Assembly (NCBI GenBank): GCA_035433045.1
Contig: DAORUF010000004.1
Coordinates: forward strand, 1 to 55,563
From: Ornithinibacter sp.
GTDB taxonomy: Bacteria > Actinomycetota > Actinomycetes > Actinomycetales > Dermatophilaceae
Length of the DNA: 55,563 nucleotides
Direction of reading: 5' to 3'
The notes under the pieces are model-generated. The model was given only the letters and a program-made list of their open reading frames with translations. It did not search any database and was not told the DNA's origin. Of the stretch, positions 1 through 14,041 are shown one piece after another (position 1 is the first letter of the stretch; the number at the start of each line of letters is the position of its first letter). A program made the translations under genes and the position numbers.

Positions 1-2
1 GG

Positions 3-1037
3 TCAGCGCTGCGAGGCGTCCGAGACCTCGCCGACGAGCTCCTCGATGACGTCCTCGAGGAACACCACCCCCACGACCGAGCCGTCGGCCGCGACGACCC
101 GGGCCAGGTGCGAGCCGGTGGCCTGCATGACCCCGAGCACCATCTCGACCTCGTCGTCGCGGCGGACGTTGGCCATCCGGCGCACGCGCTTGGCCGGAAC
201 CGGCTCGCCCCGCTCCGACTCGTCGGCGTACAGCACGTCCTTGAGGTGCAGGTAGCCACCGAGGTCGCCCGCGTCGTCGCGCACCGGGAAGCGGGAGAAC
301 CCGTGCTTGGCCACGAGCCGCTCGATGTCGGCCGGGGTCGCCTCGGGGCCCACGGTCACCAACGACGACACGGGCACACCGACGTCGGCGGCGTCCTTGT
401 CGCTGAACTCCAGCGCAGCGCCGAGCCGCTCGTAGTGCTCGTCCTCGACCAGCCCTTCGTCGCGCGACTCGTTGAGGATGTGCGCGACCTCCTCGGCGGT
501 GAAGGCCGTGGCCAGCTCGTCCTTGGGTTCGACGCCGAACAGCCGGATCAACGCCTTGGACAGCCAGTCCATCGCGTGGATGATCGGCGCGACGATCTTG
601 GAGACCATCACCAACGGTGGCACCAGGGCCAGGGCGGAGCGCTCCGGGCGCGCGATCGAGATGTTCTTGGGGATCATCTCGCCGTAGACGACGTGCAGGA
701 AGACGATGAGGCCGAGGGCCAGGCCGAGAGCCACGACGTCCGCGACGACCGGCGACAGACCGAGGCCGGTGAAGAGCGGCGTCAGCGCGTGGTGCAGCGC
801 AGCCTCCGAGATGGCACCGAGCAGCACGGAGCACACGGTGATGCCGAGCTGGCAGGTGGCGAGCAGGATGCCGGTGTGCTGCATGGCGTCCAGTGCCGTC
901 TGTGCCCGCTTGCTCCCTGCCTCGGCGAGGGGCTCGAGCTGGCTGCGGCGGGCGGACATCGCGGCGAACTCGGCACCGACGAAGAAGGCGTTGGCGGCGA
1001 GCAGCGCCACGGTGAGCAGGATCGTGGTCACACTCAT
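3..1037 (-). CDS. Hemolysin-family (CNNM/DUF21 + CBS pair) membrane protein
   Basis: N-terminal NAFFVGAEFA motif, GEMIPK, and CBS motifs HGFSRFPV and GVVFLEDVIEELVGE; start overlaps the stop of the upstream paralog. Confidence 0.9.
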   Translation of the reverse strand: MSVTTILLTVALLAANAFFVGAEFAAMSARRSQLEPLAEAGSKRAQTALDAMQHTGILLATCQLGITVCSVLLGAISEAALHHALTPLFTGLGLSPVVADVVALGLALGLIVFLHVVYGEMIPKNISIARPERSALALVPPLVMVSKIVAPIIHAMDWLSKALIRLFGVEPKDELATAFTAEEVAHILNESRDEGLVEDEHYERLGAALEFSDKDAADVGVPVSSLVTVGPEATPADIERLVAKHGFSRFPVRDDAGDLGGYLHLKDVLYADESERGEPVPAKRVRRMANVRRDDEVEMVLGVMQATGSHLARVVAADGSVVGVVFLEDVIEELVGEVSDASQR

Positions 1038-2398
1038 GCCGCACCCCCCGCGTGGGTGCGGGCGGCAGCGGAACCGCTGCGGACGGCATCCTCACCCGGT
1101 GGCACCACGGGTGGCGCCAGGCGAAGTCGGTCGACCCGGTGCCCGTCCATGTCGAGCACGCGAACGGTCCAGCCGTCGACGACGACCTCGTCACCCACCA
1201 TGGGCACGCGGCCGAGCTCGGCCATGACCCACCCGCCGATGGTCTCGTAGGCCGCACCCTCGGGCACGGCGGCCCCGACCCGCGAGCGCACCTCGTCGGG
1301 GCGCCAGAGGCCGGGAACGGTCCACGACCCGTCCTTCAGGGCCCGCGCCGTGGTCTGGGAGCGGTCGTGCTCGTCGCTGACCTCACCGACGATCTCCTCG
1401 ACGAGGTCCTCGAGCGTCACGATGCCCGACGTGCCGCCGTACTCGTCGACGACGACGGCGAGCTGCATGCCGCCCTCCCGAAGCTGGACGAGCAACGGGT
1501 CGAGGCGCAGCGTCTCGGGGACGAGCACGGGTGGGACCATCAGCGCCGAGACGGGCACGTCGCCGCGACGGTCGTACGGCACGGCGATGGCCTTCTTCAC
1601 GTGCACGATGCCGTCGATGTCGTCCCAGTCCGACCCGACGACGGGGAAGCGGGAGTGGCCGGTGCGACGGGCCAGGGCCACCAGCTCAGCCGCGGTCGCC
1701 ACCCGATCGATCGAGGTTCCCCGCGAGCGCGGCGTCATGACGTCGGCGGCGGTCTGATCGGCAAAACCGAGCGATGCCGTGACGAGCCTCGCGGTGCCGA
1801 CGTCGAGCGTGCCCGCCTCGGCGGAGGACCGGATGAGCGATGCCAGCTCGGCAGGGCTGCGGGCGGCGGAGAGCTCTTCCTGCGGCTCGATGCCGAGCGC
1901 GCGCAGGGTGCGGTTCGCGACCCCGTTGAGCAGGGCGATCATCGGCTTCATCGAGATGCCGAACCACCGCACCGGCGCGGCGGAGATCTTCGCGGTCGCC
2001 AGCGGCAGGGAGATGGCGAGCGTCTTGGGCACCATCTCGCCGACGATCATCGAGAACAGCGTCGCCATGACCATGGCCAGCACCGAGGCCGTCGACGCGG
2101 CGACGGCCTCGCTGAGGCCGAGGCTGCTCAGCGGCCCGGTGAGCAGGGCACCGATGGACGGGCCCGCGATGAAGCCGAGGATGAGCGTGGTCAGCGTGAT
2201 GCCGAGCTGGCACGCGGACAGCTGCGTGGAGAGCTGCCGGTGCGAGGTGAGGACGGACCGGGCCCCCTTCTCACCGGCGTCGACGGCCTTCTGCACGGTG
2301 GGCCGGTCGAGGGCGACGAGCGAGAACTCCGCCGCCACGAAGAAGGCGGTGCCGACCGTGAGGACGACGCCGAGGAGCAGCAGCAACCATTCGGTCAT
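1034..2398 (-). CDS. Hemolysin-family (CNNM/DUF21 + CBS + CorC_HlyC) membrane protein
   Basis: FFVAAEFSLV, GEMVPK, GHSRFPV, VVDEYGGTSGIVTLEDLVEEIVGE, YETIGG; start placed at ATG 2398 (MTEWLL), with TACGAT upstream. Confidence 0.9.
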   Translation of the reverse strand: MTEWLLLLLGVVLTVGTAFFVAAEFSLVALDRPTVQKAVDAGEKGARSVLTSHRQLSTQLSACQLGITLTTLILGFIAGPSIGALLTGPLSSLGLSEAVAASTASVLAMVMATLFSMIVGEMVPKTLAISLPLATAKISAAPVRWFGISMKPMIALLNGVANRTLRALGIEPQEELSAARSPAELASLIRSSAEAGTLDVGTARLVTASLGFADQTAADVMTPRSRGTSIDRVATAAELVALARRTGHSRFPVVGSDWDDIDGIVHVKKAIAVPYDRRGDVPVSALMVPPVLVPETLRLDPLLVQLREGGMQLAVVVDEYGGTSGIVTLEDLVEEIVGEVSDEHDRSQTTARALKDGSWTVPGLWRPDEVRSRVGAAVPEGAAYETIGGWVMAELGRVPMVGDEVVVDGWTVRVLDMDGHRVDRLRLAPPVVPPGEDAVRSGSAAARTHAGGAA

Positions 2399-2544
2399 AG
2401 TCGCGCCATCGTAGGCGAGCAGGGACCCTCGCCCGGAATCCCGGGACACCGCTCCACCGCGAGGTGGACCCGGTTCCACCGCCGGGTTGACCCCCTCGCC
2501 ACGTGAGCCTGACAGGATCGAGGCATGACACCACGAGTGCGCGG

Positions 2545-3518
<974 letters not shown>

Positions 3519-3522
<4 letters not shown>

Positions 3523-4316
3523 TCCCCGCGATCCGCAGCGAGTTCCGCAAGTTCTTCACGACCCGTCTCTGGTGGGGCATGGCCGTCGGCATCTTCCTCG
3601 CCGGCGCCGCCTTCGCCGCCCTGTTCGGGTTCCTCCTGACGAGCGAGGCCGCGCTCGAGGGGACCCCCGGCGCCCCGACCGGCGACGCCACCCAGATCGC
3701 GAACTCGGTCTACCTGGGCGGACTGGGTGTCGGCTACCTGCTCCTGCTCACCATCGGCGTGCTGCAGATCGGTGCCGAGTACCGCCACAAGACGATCACG
3801 TCGACCCTGCTGTCCACACCCAAGCGCCTCAAGGCCATGCTCGCCAAGGTGGTGGCCCTGCTCGGCATCGGCGTCGTCTACGGCCTCATCAGCCTGCTCG
3901 GGTCGGTCAGCGTCGGCGCGATCATCCTCAACCTTCGAGGGCAGGACCCGTTCCCGTCGACGGCAGTGCTGCGGGCACTCGCCCTGAGCCTGCTCGTGCT
4001 CGGGTTGTGGGCGCTGATCGGGCTGGGGATCGGCATCCTCATCCCCAACCAGGTCGCGGCGCTGCTCATCGGCATCGGTGTCGCCTGGATCGTGGAGCCG
4101 TTGCTGAACTTCGCGATGACCTTCTGGGAGTTCGGCCGAGAGAACATCGTCCAGTACATGCCGACGTCCGCCACCAATGCCGTGGTCAACGCGGTGCAGT
4201 CATCACCCGACGAGGTCCGGCTCGAGTGGTGGGCAGCCGCGCTGGTGCTGGCCGGGTACGCCGCGCTCCTCTCCGGGTTCGGCATCTGGCGCACGACCGG
4301 GGCCGACATCAGCTGA
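3519..4316 (+). CDS. ABC-2 type exporter permease
   Basis: About 6 hydrophobic segments, EYRHKTI motif, ATGA overlap with the ATPase gene. Confidence 0.85.
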
Positions 4317-4331
4317 GACCCGTCAGCACCG

Positions 4332-4377
4332 GTGCGACGGCCGGTATGCCGCCCGTGCGGCATACCGGCCGTCGCAC
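4332..4377. terminator. Perfect 21-bp-stem hairpin after the ABC exporter operon
   Basis: gtgcgacggccggtatgccgc-ccgt-gcggcataccggccgtcgcac. Confidence 0.65.
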
Positions 4378-4479
4378 GTGGTCAACCGCTCATCCTTTCG
4401 GGCCGCTGTCGCCCCGGGAGCGGGGATACCCTAGGCCGGACCACCCTCAGAGCCGAGCCCAGAAAGAGGCGCATCCTCC

Positions 4480-7400
4480 GTGGCCGAGCAGTCCCCGTCC
4501 AGCGACCCCCTCACGACCTTCGGACCCAACGAATGGCTGGTCGACGAGCTGTACGAGCAATACCAAAAGGACAAGAACAGCGTCGACCGAGCGTGGTGGG
4601 ACTTCTTCAAGGACTACGCACCGGGTGAGGCCGCGCTGGGTCGGGGCGCCGCGGCCGCGGCCACCCGTGCCGCGCCGGCTGCTGCTGCTCCCGCTGCTCC
4701 GGCTGCCGCCGCACCGGCTCCTGCGGCCCCGCCCGCCGCACCGCCTGCCAACGGTTCGGCGCCGGCTGCCAAGGCCGCCACTCCCCCACCCGCAGCGGCG
4801 CCCGCGCCTGCAGCGGCAGCCGCGCCCGCGGCATCCGCGCCTGCCCCCGCGCCCGCCCGCAGCGAGCCCGCGCCTGCGGCATCCACCCCCAAGCCTCGCG
4901 AGGCGGCCGCGCCCCAGGCCTCTGGTCCGCTCGGCGACGCGGCCCAGACCCCGATCCGCGGGGCGAGCGCCCGGGTCGTCACCAACATGGAGTCCTCGCT
5001 CGAGGTGCCCACCGCGACGTCGGTGCGAGCGGTCCCGGCGAAGCTGCTCATCGACAACCGCATCGTCATCAACAACCACCTCGCCCGCAGCCGCGGCGGC
5101 AAGGTGAGCTTCACCCACATCATCGGCTACGCACTCGTCAAGGCACTGGGCGTCATGCCCGCGATGAACAACGGCTTCGGCCACGACGGCGCGGGCAAGC
5201 CGGTGCTGATCACCCCGGCGCACGTCAACCTCGGTCTGGCCATCGACCTGGCCAAGCCCGACGGCACCCGCAGCCTGCTCGTGCCGTCGATCAAGGCCGC
5301 CGAGACGATGGACTTCGCCCACTTCTGGACCGCCTACGAGGAGATGGTCAAGAAGGCCCGTGCGGGCAAGCTGACGGTCGAGGACTTCCAGGGCACGTCG
5401 ATCTCGCTGACCAACCCGGGCACCATCGGCACGGTGCACTCGGTGCCGCGGCTCATGCAGGGCCAGGGCACGATCATCGGCGTCGGTGCACTCGAGTACC
5501 CGGCCGAGTGGGCCGGCGCGAGCCTGGAGACGCTCAACCGCAACGCCGTGAGCAAGATCCTCACGCTGACCAGCACCTACGACCACCGCATCATCCAGGG
5601 CGCCCAGTCCGGCGACTTCCTGCGCATCGTGCACTCACTGCTGCTCGGCGAGCACGGCTTCTACGACGAGATCTTCGAGAGCCTGCGCATCCCCTACGAG
5701 CCGATCCGCTGGGTGCAGGACGTCGACACCTCGCACGACGACGACATCAACAAGGTCGCGCGCGTCCAGGAACTCATCCACGCCTACCGCGTGCGCGGCC
5801 ACCTCATGGCCGACACCGACCCGCTGGAGTACAAGCAGCGCCGCCACGAGGACCTCGACGTCACGACCCACGGCCTGACGCTGTGGGATCTCGACCGCAC
5901 TTTCGCGACCGGTGGCTTCGGCGGCCAGCCGTTCCTGAAGCTGCGCAAGATCCTGGGCATCCTGCGCGACTCGTACTGCCGCACCATCGGCGTGGAGTAC
6001 ATGCACATCCAGGACCCGGAGCAGCGCACGTGGATCCAGCAGAAGATCGAGGTGGGCTACGCCAAGACCACCCGTGAGGAGCAGCTGCGCATCCTTCGCC
6101 GCCTGAACGCGGCCGAGGCGTTCGAGACCTTCCTGCAGACCAAGTTCGTCGGGCAGAAGCGCTTCTCCCTCGAAGGTGGCGAGTCCGTCATCGCGCTGCT
6201 CGACCGGGTGCTCTCACGAGCCGCCGAGGACAAGCTGCACGAGGTCTGCATCGGGATGCCGCACCGCGGCCGCCTGAACGTCCTCGCCAACATCGCGGGC
6301 AAGTCCTACGGGCAGATCTTCCGTGAGTTCGAGGGCAAGCAGGACCCCCGCTCGGTGCAGGGGTCGGGTGACGTGAAGTACCACCTCGGCACCGAGGGCA
6401 CCTTCACCGGCGAGGACGGCTCGACCACCAAGGTCTACCTCGCCGCCAACCCCTCCCACCTCGAGGCCGTCAACCCGGTGCTCGAAGGCATCGTGCGGGC
6501 CAAGCAGGACCGCCTCAACCTCGCGGGTGAGGACTTCACCGTCCTGCCGGTGCTCCTGCACGGTGACGCCGCCTTCGCTGGGCAGGGAGTCGTCGCCGAG
6601 ACGCTCAACCTCTCGCAGCTGCGCGGCTACCGCACCGGCGGAACGGTGCACGTCGTCATCAACAACCAGGTCGGCTTCACCACCTCGCCGAGCTCGTCAC
6701 GGTCCTCGACGTACTCCACCGACGTGGCCCGGATGATCCAGGCGCCGATCTTCCACGTCAACGGCGACGACCCCGAAGCCTGCGTGCGCGTGGCCGAGCT
6801 CGCCTACGAGTTCCGCAAGGAGTTCCGCAAGGACGTCGTCATCGACATGGTCTGCTACCGCCGCCGCGGTCACAACGAGGGCGACGACCCGTCGATGACC
6901 CAGCCGCTGATGTACAACCTCATCGAGGCCAAGCGCAGCGTCCGCAAGCTCTACACCGAGTCCCTCATCGGCCGTGGCGACATCACCGTCGAGGATGCCG
7001 GCGTGGTGCTGCGCGACTACCAGCAACAGCTCGAGCGGGTCTTCGTCGAGACCAAGGCGGCGCTGAAGGAAGCCGAGGCCGAGCCGGCCGACACGGCGTA
7101 CTCGGGCACCGACGTCGAGGGCCACACCGGTCTGGAGCCGCCGGCGGCACAGACCCGCGGCGCCGACCGCACCAAGCACTCCTCGACGCACACCGCGATC
7201 AGCCCGGAGATGCTCACCCGCCTCGGCGACGCCTTCATCGACATCCCGGCCGGGTTCACCGTGCACCCCAAGCTCAAGCAGATGCTCGAGAAGCGCGCCA
7301 CGAGCACCCGAGAGGGTGGGATCGACTGGGGCACCGGTGAGCTGCTCGCCTTCGGTTCCCTCCTCATCGACGGCACCCCCGTGCGCCTCGCTGGCCAGGA

Positions 7401-8355
7401 CAGCCGCCGCGGCACCTTCGTCCAGCGCCACGCGGTGCTCATCGACAAGGAGAACGCCGCCGAGTGGACTCCGCTGCTCTACCTCGGTGAGGGCCAGGGC
7501 AAGTTCTGGGTCTACGACAGCCTGCTGTCGGAGTTCGCGGCAATGGGCTTCGAGTACGGCTACTCGGTCGAGCGGCCCGACGCCCTCGTGCTGTGGGAGG
7601 CCCAGTTCGGCGACTTCTTCAACGGCGCCCAGACCATCGTCGACGAGTTCATCTCGAGCTCGGAGCAGAAGTGGGGCCAGCGGTCCTCGGTGGTCCTGCT
7701 GCTCCCCCACGGCTACGAGGGACAGGGTCCGGACCACTCCTCGGCCCGCATCGAGCGCTTCCTCACGATGTGCGCCGAGGGCAACATGACGGTGGCCTAC
7801 CCCTCGACCCCGGCGTCCTACTTCCACCTGCTGCGTCGTCAGGCCTACGCCCGCCCCCGCCGCCCGCTCATCGTCTTCACGCCGAAGTCGATGCTGCGCC
7901 TGAAGGCCGCGAGCTCGGCCCCGGAGGACTTCACCACCGGCGGCTTCCAGCCGGTCATGGCCGACCGGGAGGGCGCGACCTCCGGCGAGGTGACCCGCGT
8001 ACTCATCGCCGCCGGCAAGGTCGTCTACGACCTGCTCGCCGAACGCGAGCAGCGCGGTGACACCTCGACAGCGATCCTGCGCCTGGAGCAGTACTACCCG
8101 CTGCCCGCCGCCGACCTCGCCGAGCAGTTGGCGAAGTACCCGAACGCCGAGATCGTCATCGTCCAGGACGAGCCGAAGAACCAGGGTGCCTGGCCGTTCC
8201 TCGCGCTCAACCTGCCCGAGGCCCTCCAGGCACTCGGTGAGAACCGGCTGCCCACGGTGGTGTGCCGCCCGGCATCCGCCTCTCCGGCGACCGGATCGAC
8301 GAAGAAGCACCAGATCGAGCAGGCCGACCTGATCGCCCGCGCCTTCGACCGCTGA
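4480..8355 (+). CDS. kgd: Multifunctional 2-oxoglutarate decarboxylase/dehydrogenase (actinobacterial E2-E1 fusion)
   Basis: [13 protein letters not shown]-terminus, Ala/Pro linker, acyltransferase TYDHRIIQG, ThDP motif [10 protein letters not shown]...[26 protein letters not shown]. Confidence 0.97.
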   Translation: MAEQSPSSDPLTTFGPNEWLVDELYEQYQKDKNSVDRAWWDFFKDYAPGEAALGRGAAAAATRAAPAAAAPAAPAAAAPAPAAPPAAPPANGSAPAAKAATPPPAAAPAPAAAAAPAASAPAPAPARSEPAPAASTPKPREAAAPQASGPLGDAAQTPIRGASARVVTNMESSLEVPTATSVRAVPAKLLIDNRIVINNHLARSRGGKVSFTHIIGYALVKALGVMPAMNNGFGHDGAGKPVLITPAHVNLGLAIDLAKPDGTRSLLVPSIKAAETMDFAHFWTAYEEMVKKARAGKLTVEDFQGTSISLTNPGTIGTVHSVPRLMQGQGTIIGVGALEYPAEWAGASLETLNRNAVSKILTLTSTYDHRIIQGAQSGDFLRIVHSLLLGEHGFYDEIFESLRIPYEPIRWVQDVDTSHDDDINKVARVQELIHAYRVRGHLMADTDPLEYKQRRHEDLDVTTHGLTLWDLDRTFATGGFGGQPFLKLRKILGILRDSYCRTIGVEYMHIQDPEQRTWIQQKIEVGYAKTTREEQLRILRRLNAAEAFETFLQTKFVGQKRFSLEGGESVIALLDRVLSRAAEDKLHEVCIGMPHRGRLNVLANIAGKSYGQIFREFEGKQDPRSVQGSGDVKYHLGTEGTFTGEDGSTTKVYLAANPSHLEAVNPVLEGIVRAKQDRLNLAGEDFTVLPVLLHGDAAFAGQGVVAETLNLSQLRGYRTGGTVHVVINNQVGFTTSPSSSRSSTYSTDVARMIQAPIFHVNGDDPEACVRVAELAYEFRKEFRKDVVIDMVCYRRRGHNEGDDPSMTQPLMYNLIEAKRSVRKLYTESLIGRGDITVEDAGVVLRDYQQQLERVFVETKAALKEAEAEPADTAYSGTDVEGHTGLEPPAAQTRGADRTKHSSTHTAISPEMLTRLGDAFIDIPAGFTVHPKLKQMLEKRATSTREGGIDWGTGELLAFGSLLIDGTPVRLAGQDSRRGTFVQRHAVLIDKENAAEWTPLLYLGEGQGKFWVYDSLLSEFAAMGFEYGYSVERPDALVLWEAQFGDFFNGAQTIVDEFISSSEQKWGQRSSVVLLLPHGYEGQGPDHSSARIERFLTMCAEGNMTVAYPSTPASYFHLLRRQAYARPRRPLIVFTPKSMLRLKAASSAPEDFTTGGFQPVMADREGATSGEVTRVLIAAGKVVYDLLAEREQRGDTSTAILRLEQYYPLPAADLAEQLAKYPNAEIVIVQDEPKNQGAWPFLALNLPEALQALGENRLPTVVCRPASASPATGSTKKHQIEQADLIARAFDR

Positions 8356-8365
8356 GGGTCGACAC

Positions 8366-8404
8366 GCCGGATGCCGTGCGCCGCCCGGGCGCACGGCGTC
8401 CGGC
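8366..8404 (+). terminator. GC-rich hairpin after kgd
   Basis: gccggatgccgtgcgcc ... ggcgcacggcgtccggc inverted repeat 10 nt after the stop. Confidence 0.6.
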
Positions 8405-8426
8405 TGCGGGCGGGTAACCTCACAGC

Positions 8427-8603
8427 GTGTACTTCACCGACCGTGGTATCGAGGAGCTCCAGACCCGGCGCGGCGACGAGGAGGTCACGTTCGACTGGCT
8501 GGCGGAGCAGTTGCGCACGTTCGTCGACCTCCACCCGGACTTCGAGGTGCCCGTGGAGCGGCTGGCCACCTGGCTGGCCCGACTGGACGATGAGGACGAG
8601 TGA
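8427..8603 (+). CDS. DUF6104-family small acidic protein (58 aa; not in the ORF track)
   Basis: My translation from GTG 8427: MYFTDRGIEELQTRRGDEEVTFDWLAEQLRTFVDLHPDFEVPVERLATWLARLDDEDE*. Resembles the small protein usually found after kgd in actinobacteria; TAACCT -10 box 6 nt upstream. Confidence 0.85.
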   Translation: MYFTDRGIEELQTRRGDEEVTFDWLAEQLRTFVDLHPDFEVPVERLATWLARLDDEDE

Positions 8604-8610
8604 CCCGCTG

Positions 8611-9282
8611 ATGTCGTACGAACTGCCCGACGAGGGCCAGGCCCCCATCGAGTTCCGGCCGAGCGCCGAGGCCCAGGTGGTCGCTGAAGGTCCGCGCGAC
8701 CTCGCCCTGGTCTTCCTCGGTGGCTCGCTCGTCGCGGGTGTCGGGGACCCGAAGGGTCAGGGGTGGGTGACCCGGGTGGTCGGCCGCACGCAGCATCCCG
8801 ACCTCGAGCTCACGGCCTACAACCTGGGGGTGCGCGGCGACACCTCCGCCGACGTCCTGCACCGGTGGACCACCGAGGTCCCGTCACGGTGGTCGGGTCG
8901 CAGCGAGCGGCGCATCGTCGTCTCCGTCGGCACCAACGACGTGCTCCAGGGCATCTCCCTCGCCCGGCACCGGCTCAACCTGGCGAACCTGCTCGATGAC
9001 GCGGCGACCGCGGGGGTCGGCACGTTCGTCGTCAGCCCCCCGCCGACCGACGACGCCGACCTCAACTCCCGACTCGAGGTGCTCGTCGAGGCGCAGGCCG
9101 ACGTGTGCGGTCGACGCGACGTCCCGTTCGTCGACTCGTTCACCCCGCTGGCCGGCCACGACCAGTGGCGAACCGACCTGGCTGCGAGCCGGGTCGCCCA
9201 CCACCCGGGGCAGGCCGGTTACGGCCTCATCGCGTGGCTCGTGCTGCACCACGGCTGGGGCCCGTGGCTGCAGATCTCCTGA
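8611..9282 (+). CDS. SGNH/GDSL-family esterase/lipase
   Basis: FLGGSL (block I variant), NLGVRG (II), GTND (III), HP...GY (V); alternative start at ATG 8590. Confidence 0.8.
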   Translation: MSYELPDEGQAPIEFRPSAEAQVVAEGPRDLALVFLGGSLVAGVGDPKGQGWVTRVVGRTQHPDLELTAYNLGVRGDTSADVLHRWTTEVPSRWSGRSERRIVVSVGTNDVLQGISLARHRLNLANLLDDAATAGVGTFVVSPPPTDDADLNSRLEVLVEAQADVCGRRDVPFVDSFTPLAGHDQWRTDLAASRVAHHPGQAGYGLIAWLVLHHGWGPWLQIS

Positions 9283-9291
9283 CGCTCGCGC

Positions 9292-10143
9292 TCACGCAGG
9301 CAGGGTGACGAACTCGCGCACCAGGTCGGCGAACCGGTCGGGGTCGTCGAGGTGCGGGAAGTGCCCCGCCCCCTGGAACAGCTCGACCCGGCACTCGGGG
9401 ATGGACGTCGTCGCCGATGCCGCGTGCCACGCGGGGATCATCCGGTCCTTGGTGCCCCAGACCACGAGGGTGGGCGTGGGGGCGACCTCAGGCAGGTAGT
9501 CGTGGGCCGTGACGCTCTGGCCACCGGGGTCGATGACCGCGCGGGTCGTGGCGAGGAAGGCCCGGCGGGTGTCAGCGTCACCGAGGGAGGTGAAGCCATG
9601 CCACACCTGGGTGATGTCGGAGCCCGGGTGCACCCCGACCTTCTGCAGGGCGCGGCCGGCCGAGGCCAGGCGGTCGCGCATCCACCCGGAGGCGATGACC
9701 GGCAGCACGTACTCAGCGCCCGGGAGGGTGGCCGAGCGCAGCAGGGGGCTGACCTCGCGCCCGAGCCCACCACTGGCCACGAGCACGAGCCGATCGACCC
9801 GCTCGGGGAACAGGTAGGAGAACACCATGGCGATGCCGCCGCCCAGCGAGTGCCCGACGAGCGTCACCTGCTCGATCTCGAGGCGATCCAGAAGGTCGCG
9901 AAGGGTCGCAGCATGTGCCCCGAGGGAGTAGTCCCCCATCGGCTTTGCCGACTCACCGTGGCCGAACAGGTCCGGGACGATGACGCGGTGGTCCTCGTCG
10001 AGCCGGTCGACGAGGTGGGTCCACTGGCGCTGGCTCCCGAGCAGGCCGTGGATGAACAGCAGTGCCGGGCCGCTGCCGCTGTCGCTGTAGGAGAAGGTGT
10101 GCCCGTGCAGGGTCACCGTGTGCTCGGTGGACGTCGCGTTCAC
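9292..10143 (-). CDS. Alpha/beta fold hydrolase
   Basis: HGLLG oxyanion region, DLFGHGES, GHSLGG nucleophile elbow, GAGHFPH. Confidence 0.9.
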   Translation of the reverse strand: MNATSTEHTVTLHGHTFSYSDSGSGPALLFIHGLLGSQRQWTHLVDRLDEDHRVIVPDLFGHGESAKPMGDYSLGAHAATLRDLLDRLEIEQVTLVGHSLGGGIAMVFSYLFPERVDRLVLVASGGLGREVSPLLRSATLPGAEYVLPVIASGWMRDRLASAGRALQKVGVHPGSDITQVWHGFTSLGDADTRRAFLATTRAVIDPGGQSVTAHDYLPEVAPTPTLVVWGTKDRMIPAWHAASATTSIPECRVELFQGAGHFPHLDDPDRFADLVREFVTLPA

Positions 10144-10220
10144 GATGGCTCCTGATGGCAGGCATGGGGTGGGAACGCCTCAGGTTACCGCTGAGTAGCC
10201 TCGCGTGTGACCGGGTGTGA

Positions 10221-11189
10221 TCAGATCGTGAAGACGACCTTGCCGCTCACCCGCCCGGCCACCATCGCCTCGAAACCTTCCCGGGCATCCGCGAGCGGCA
10301 GCACGGAGTCCACGAGCGGCTCGATGCCGGCGTCGACGACGAACCGGGACAGCCGTTCGAGCTCGTCACGCGTGCCCATCGTCGACCCGACGACGCGGAG
10401 CTGCTTGAAGAAGATCTTGGTCAGCTCGGCCTTGGCCGGTGCGTCCCCCGAGGTCGCGCCGGAGATGACGATGGTGCCCCCGGGGCGCAGGCTGTTGACG
10501 GAGTGCGACCACGTCGCGGCGCCGACGGTCTCCATGACGGCGTCGACCCGCTCGGGGAGGCGGGCGCCGCTCGAGAACGCCTGGTCGGCACCCAGGGCGA
10601 GCGCCTGCTCACCGCGAGCCTCGTCGCGGCTGGTGACCCACATGCGCAGTCCGGCAGCCGAGCCCAGCTGCACCAGAGCGGTGGCCACGCCACCGGCGGC
10701 CCCCTGGACGAGCACGGTCGAACCGGGCTGGACGTCTGCGTTCGTGAACAGCATCCGGTAGGCCGTGAGCCACGCGGTGGGCAGGCAGGCCGCATGCTCC
10801 CAGGACAGCCCTGCGGGTTTTGGGACGAGGTTGCGGGCTGGCACCGCGACGACCTCCGCGAGCGTGCCGTCGTACACCTCGGAGAGCAGGCTGCGCCGCG
10901 GGTCGAGCGTCTCGTCGCCGGCCCACCCGGGGGAGGAGACGACCGCGTGCACGAGCACCTCGTTGCCGTCGGCGTCGACCCCCGCACCGTCACACCCGAG
11001 CACCATCGGCAGTCGGTCGGCAGGCAGCCCCACCCCGCGCAAGGACCACACGTCGTGGTGGTTGAGCGCCGCAGTGCGCAGCCGCACCGTGGTCCACCCG
11101 TCGGGGACACTCGGCTCGGGCCGTTCACCGACGGTCAGGCCGGTCAGGGGGTCGGACATCGACTGGCTGGTGCAGGTCACGGCGAGCAT
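10221..11189 (-). CDS. MDR-family (zinc-binding dehydrogenase / quinone oxidoreductase-like) protein
   Basis: ALNHHD, LGCDGAG, PTAWLTAY, QGAAGGVA, GKVV C-terminus. Confidence 0.88.
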   Translation of the reverse strand: MLAVTCTSQSMSDPLTGLTVGERPEPSVPDGWTTVRLRTAALNHHDVWSLRGVGLPADRLPMVLGCDGAGVDADGNEVLVHAVVSSPGWAGDETLDPRRSLLSEVYDGTLAEVVAVPARNLVPKPAGLSWEHAACLPTAWLTAYRMLFTNADVQPGSTVLVQGAAGGVATALVQLGSAAGLRMWVTSRDEARGEQALALGADQAFSSGARLPERVDAVMETVGAATWSHSVNSLRPGGTIVISGATSGDAPAKAELTKIFFKQLRVVGSTMGTRDELERLSRFVVDAGIEPLVDSVLPLADAREGFEAMVAGRVSGKVVFTI

Positions 11190-11233
11190 GACCTGACCCT
11201 ACGACCCCGCCGCATCCTGCGCCCCGTTCCGGG

Positions 11234-12099
11234 TCACACGGAACGCGTTCTGGGCGCCAGGACCGTCGGGGCCGACCGGTGCAGGGCATCGCGCCAATGC
11301 GGCAAGGGCTGCACGCCGGCCGTCTCCCACATGTCATGCGACAGCACGCTGTACGCCGGTCGCGGCGCCGGCAGCGGGAAGTCCTCGGTCGCGATCGGTG
11401 TCACCCGCTGCGGGTCCAGGCCGAGTTCCTCGAACACCGCACGCGCCAGGTCGAACCACGAGCACTCGCCGGACGACGTCCCGTGCCAGATGCCGAAGGG
11501 GGCGCCTGCGTCGACGATCCTCACGATGGCCTCAGCGAGGTCGACGGTCCACGTCGGTTGCCCGACCTGGTCGGCCACGACGGTCAGGGTCTCGCGCTCA
11601 CCGGCCAGTCGCTGCATCGTCGCCGGGAAGTTCTTGCCGCCGGCGCCGTAGAGCCAGGCGGTGCGCACGATCCACGAGCGCGAGCAGTTCGCGCGAACCG
11701 CCCACTCCCCCGCGGCCTTGGTGCGGCCGTAGGCGGACGCCGGGGCGACGGGTGCGTCGGCGGCGTACGGTTCGTCGCCCGAACCGGCGACGACGTAGTC
11801 GGTCGAGATCTGGACCATGGCGGCGCCCGCCCGCTCGGCCGCGGTGGCGAGGTTCGCGGCACCGACCGCGTTGACGGCGAAGGCTCGGGCCTCGTCGCTC
11901 TCAGCGGCATCCACCGCGGTGTACGCGGCGCAGTTCACGACGACGTCGTGTCCGGCCACCTGCTCGGCACACTGGGCGGGGTCGAGGATGTCGAGGCCGG
12001 GGAGGTCACCTCGGGTGACCACGTGCCCGGCGTCCTCGAGGACCGCGCACAGGTCCTGACCGAGCATGCCTGCGGCACCGGCGACGAACCAGCGAGCCA

Positions 12100-12100
<1 letters not shown>
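11234..12100 (-). CDS. rmlD: dTDP-4-dehydrorhamnose reductase
   Basis: GAAGMLG, NCAAYTAVDAAE, ISTDYV, YGRTK, DQVGQPT; ATG overlaps the rmlB TGA. Confidence 0.93.

Positions 12101-14040
<1,940 letters not shown>

Positions 14041-14041
<1 letters not shown>

Noticed and set aside
4620-4940. Ala/Pro-rich low-complexity stretch with short repeats
   Set aside because: Normal flexible linker of actinobacterial Kgd
6697-8394. Long antisense/alternative-frame ORFs (also 1052-2506, 33952-35709, 40109-42022, most of 46098-47927, 53508-55172)
   Set aside because: Shadow ORFs expected from high-GC codon bias opposite well-supported genes; no recognisable motifs
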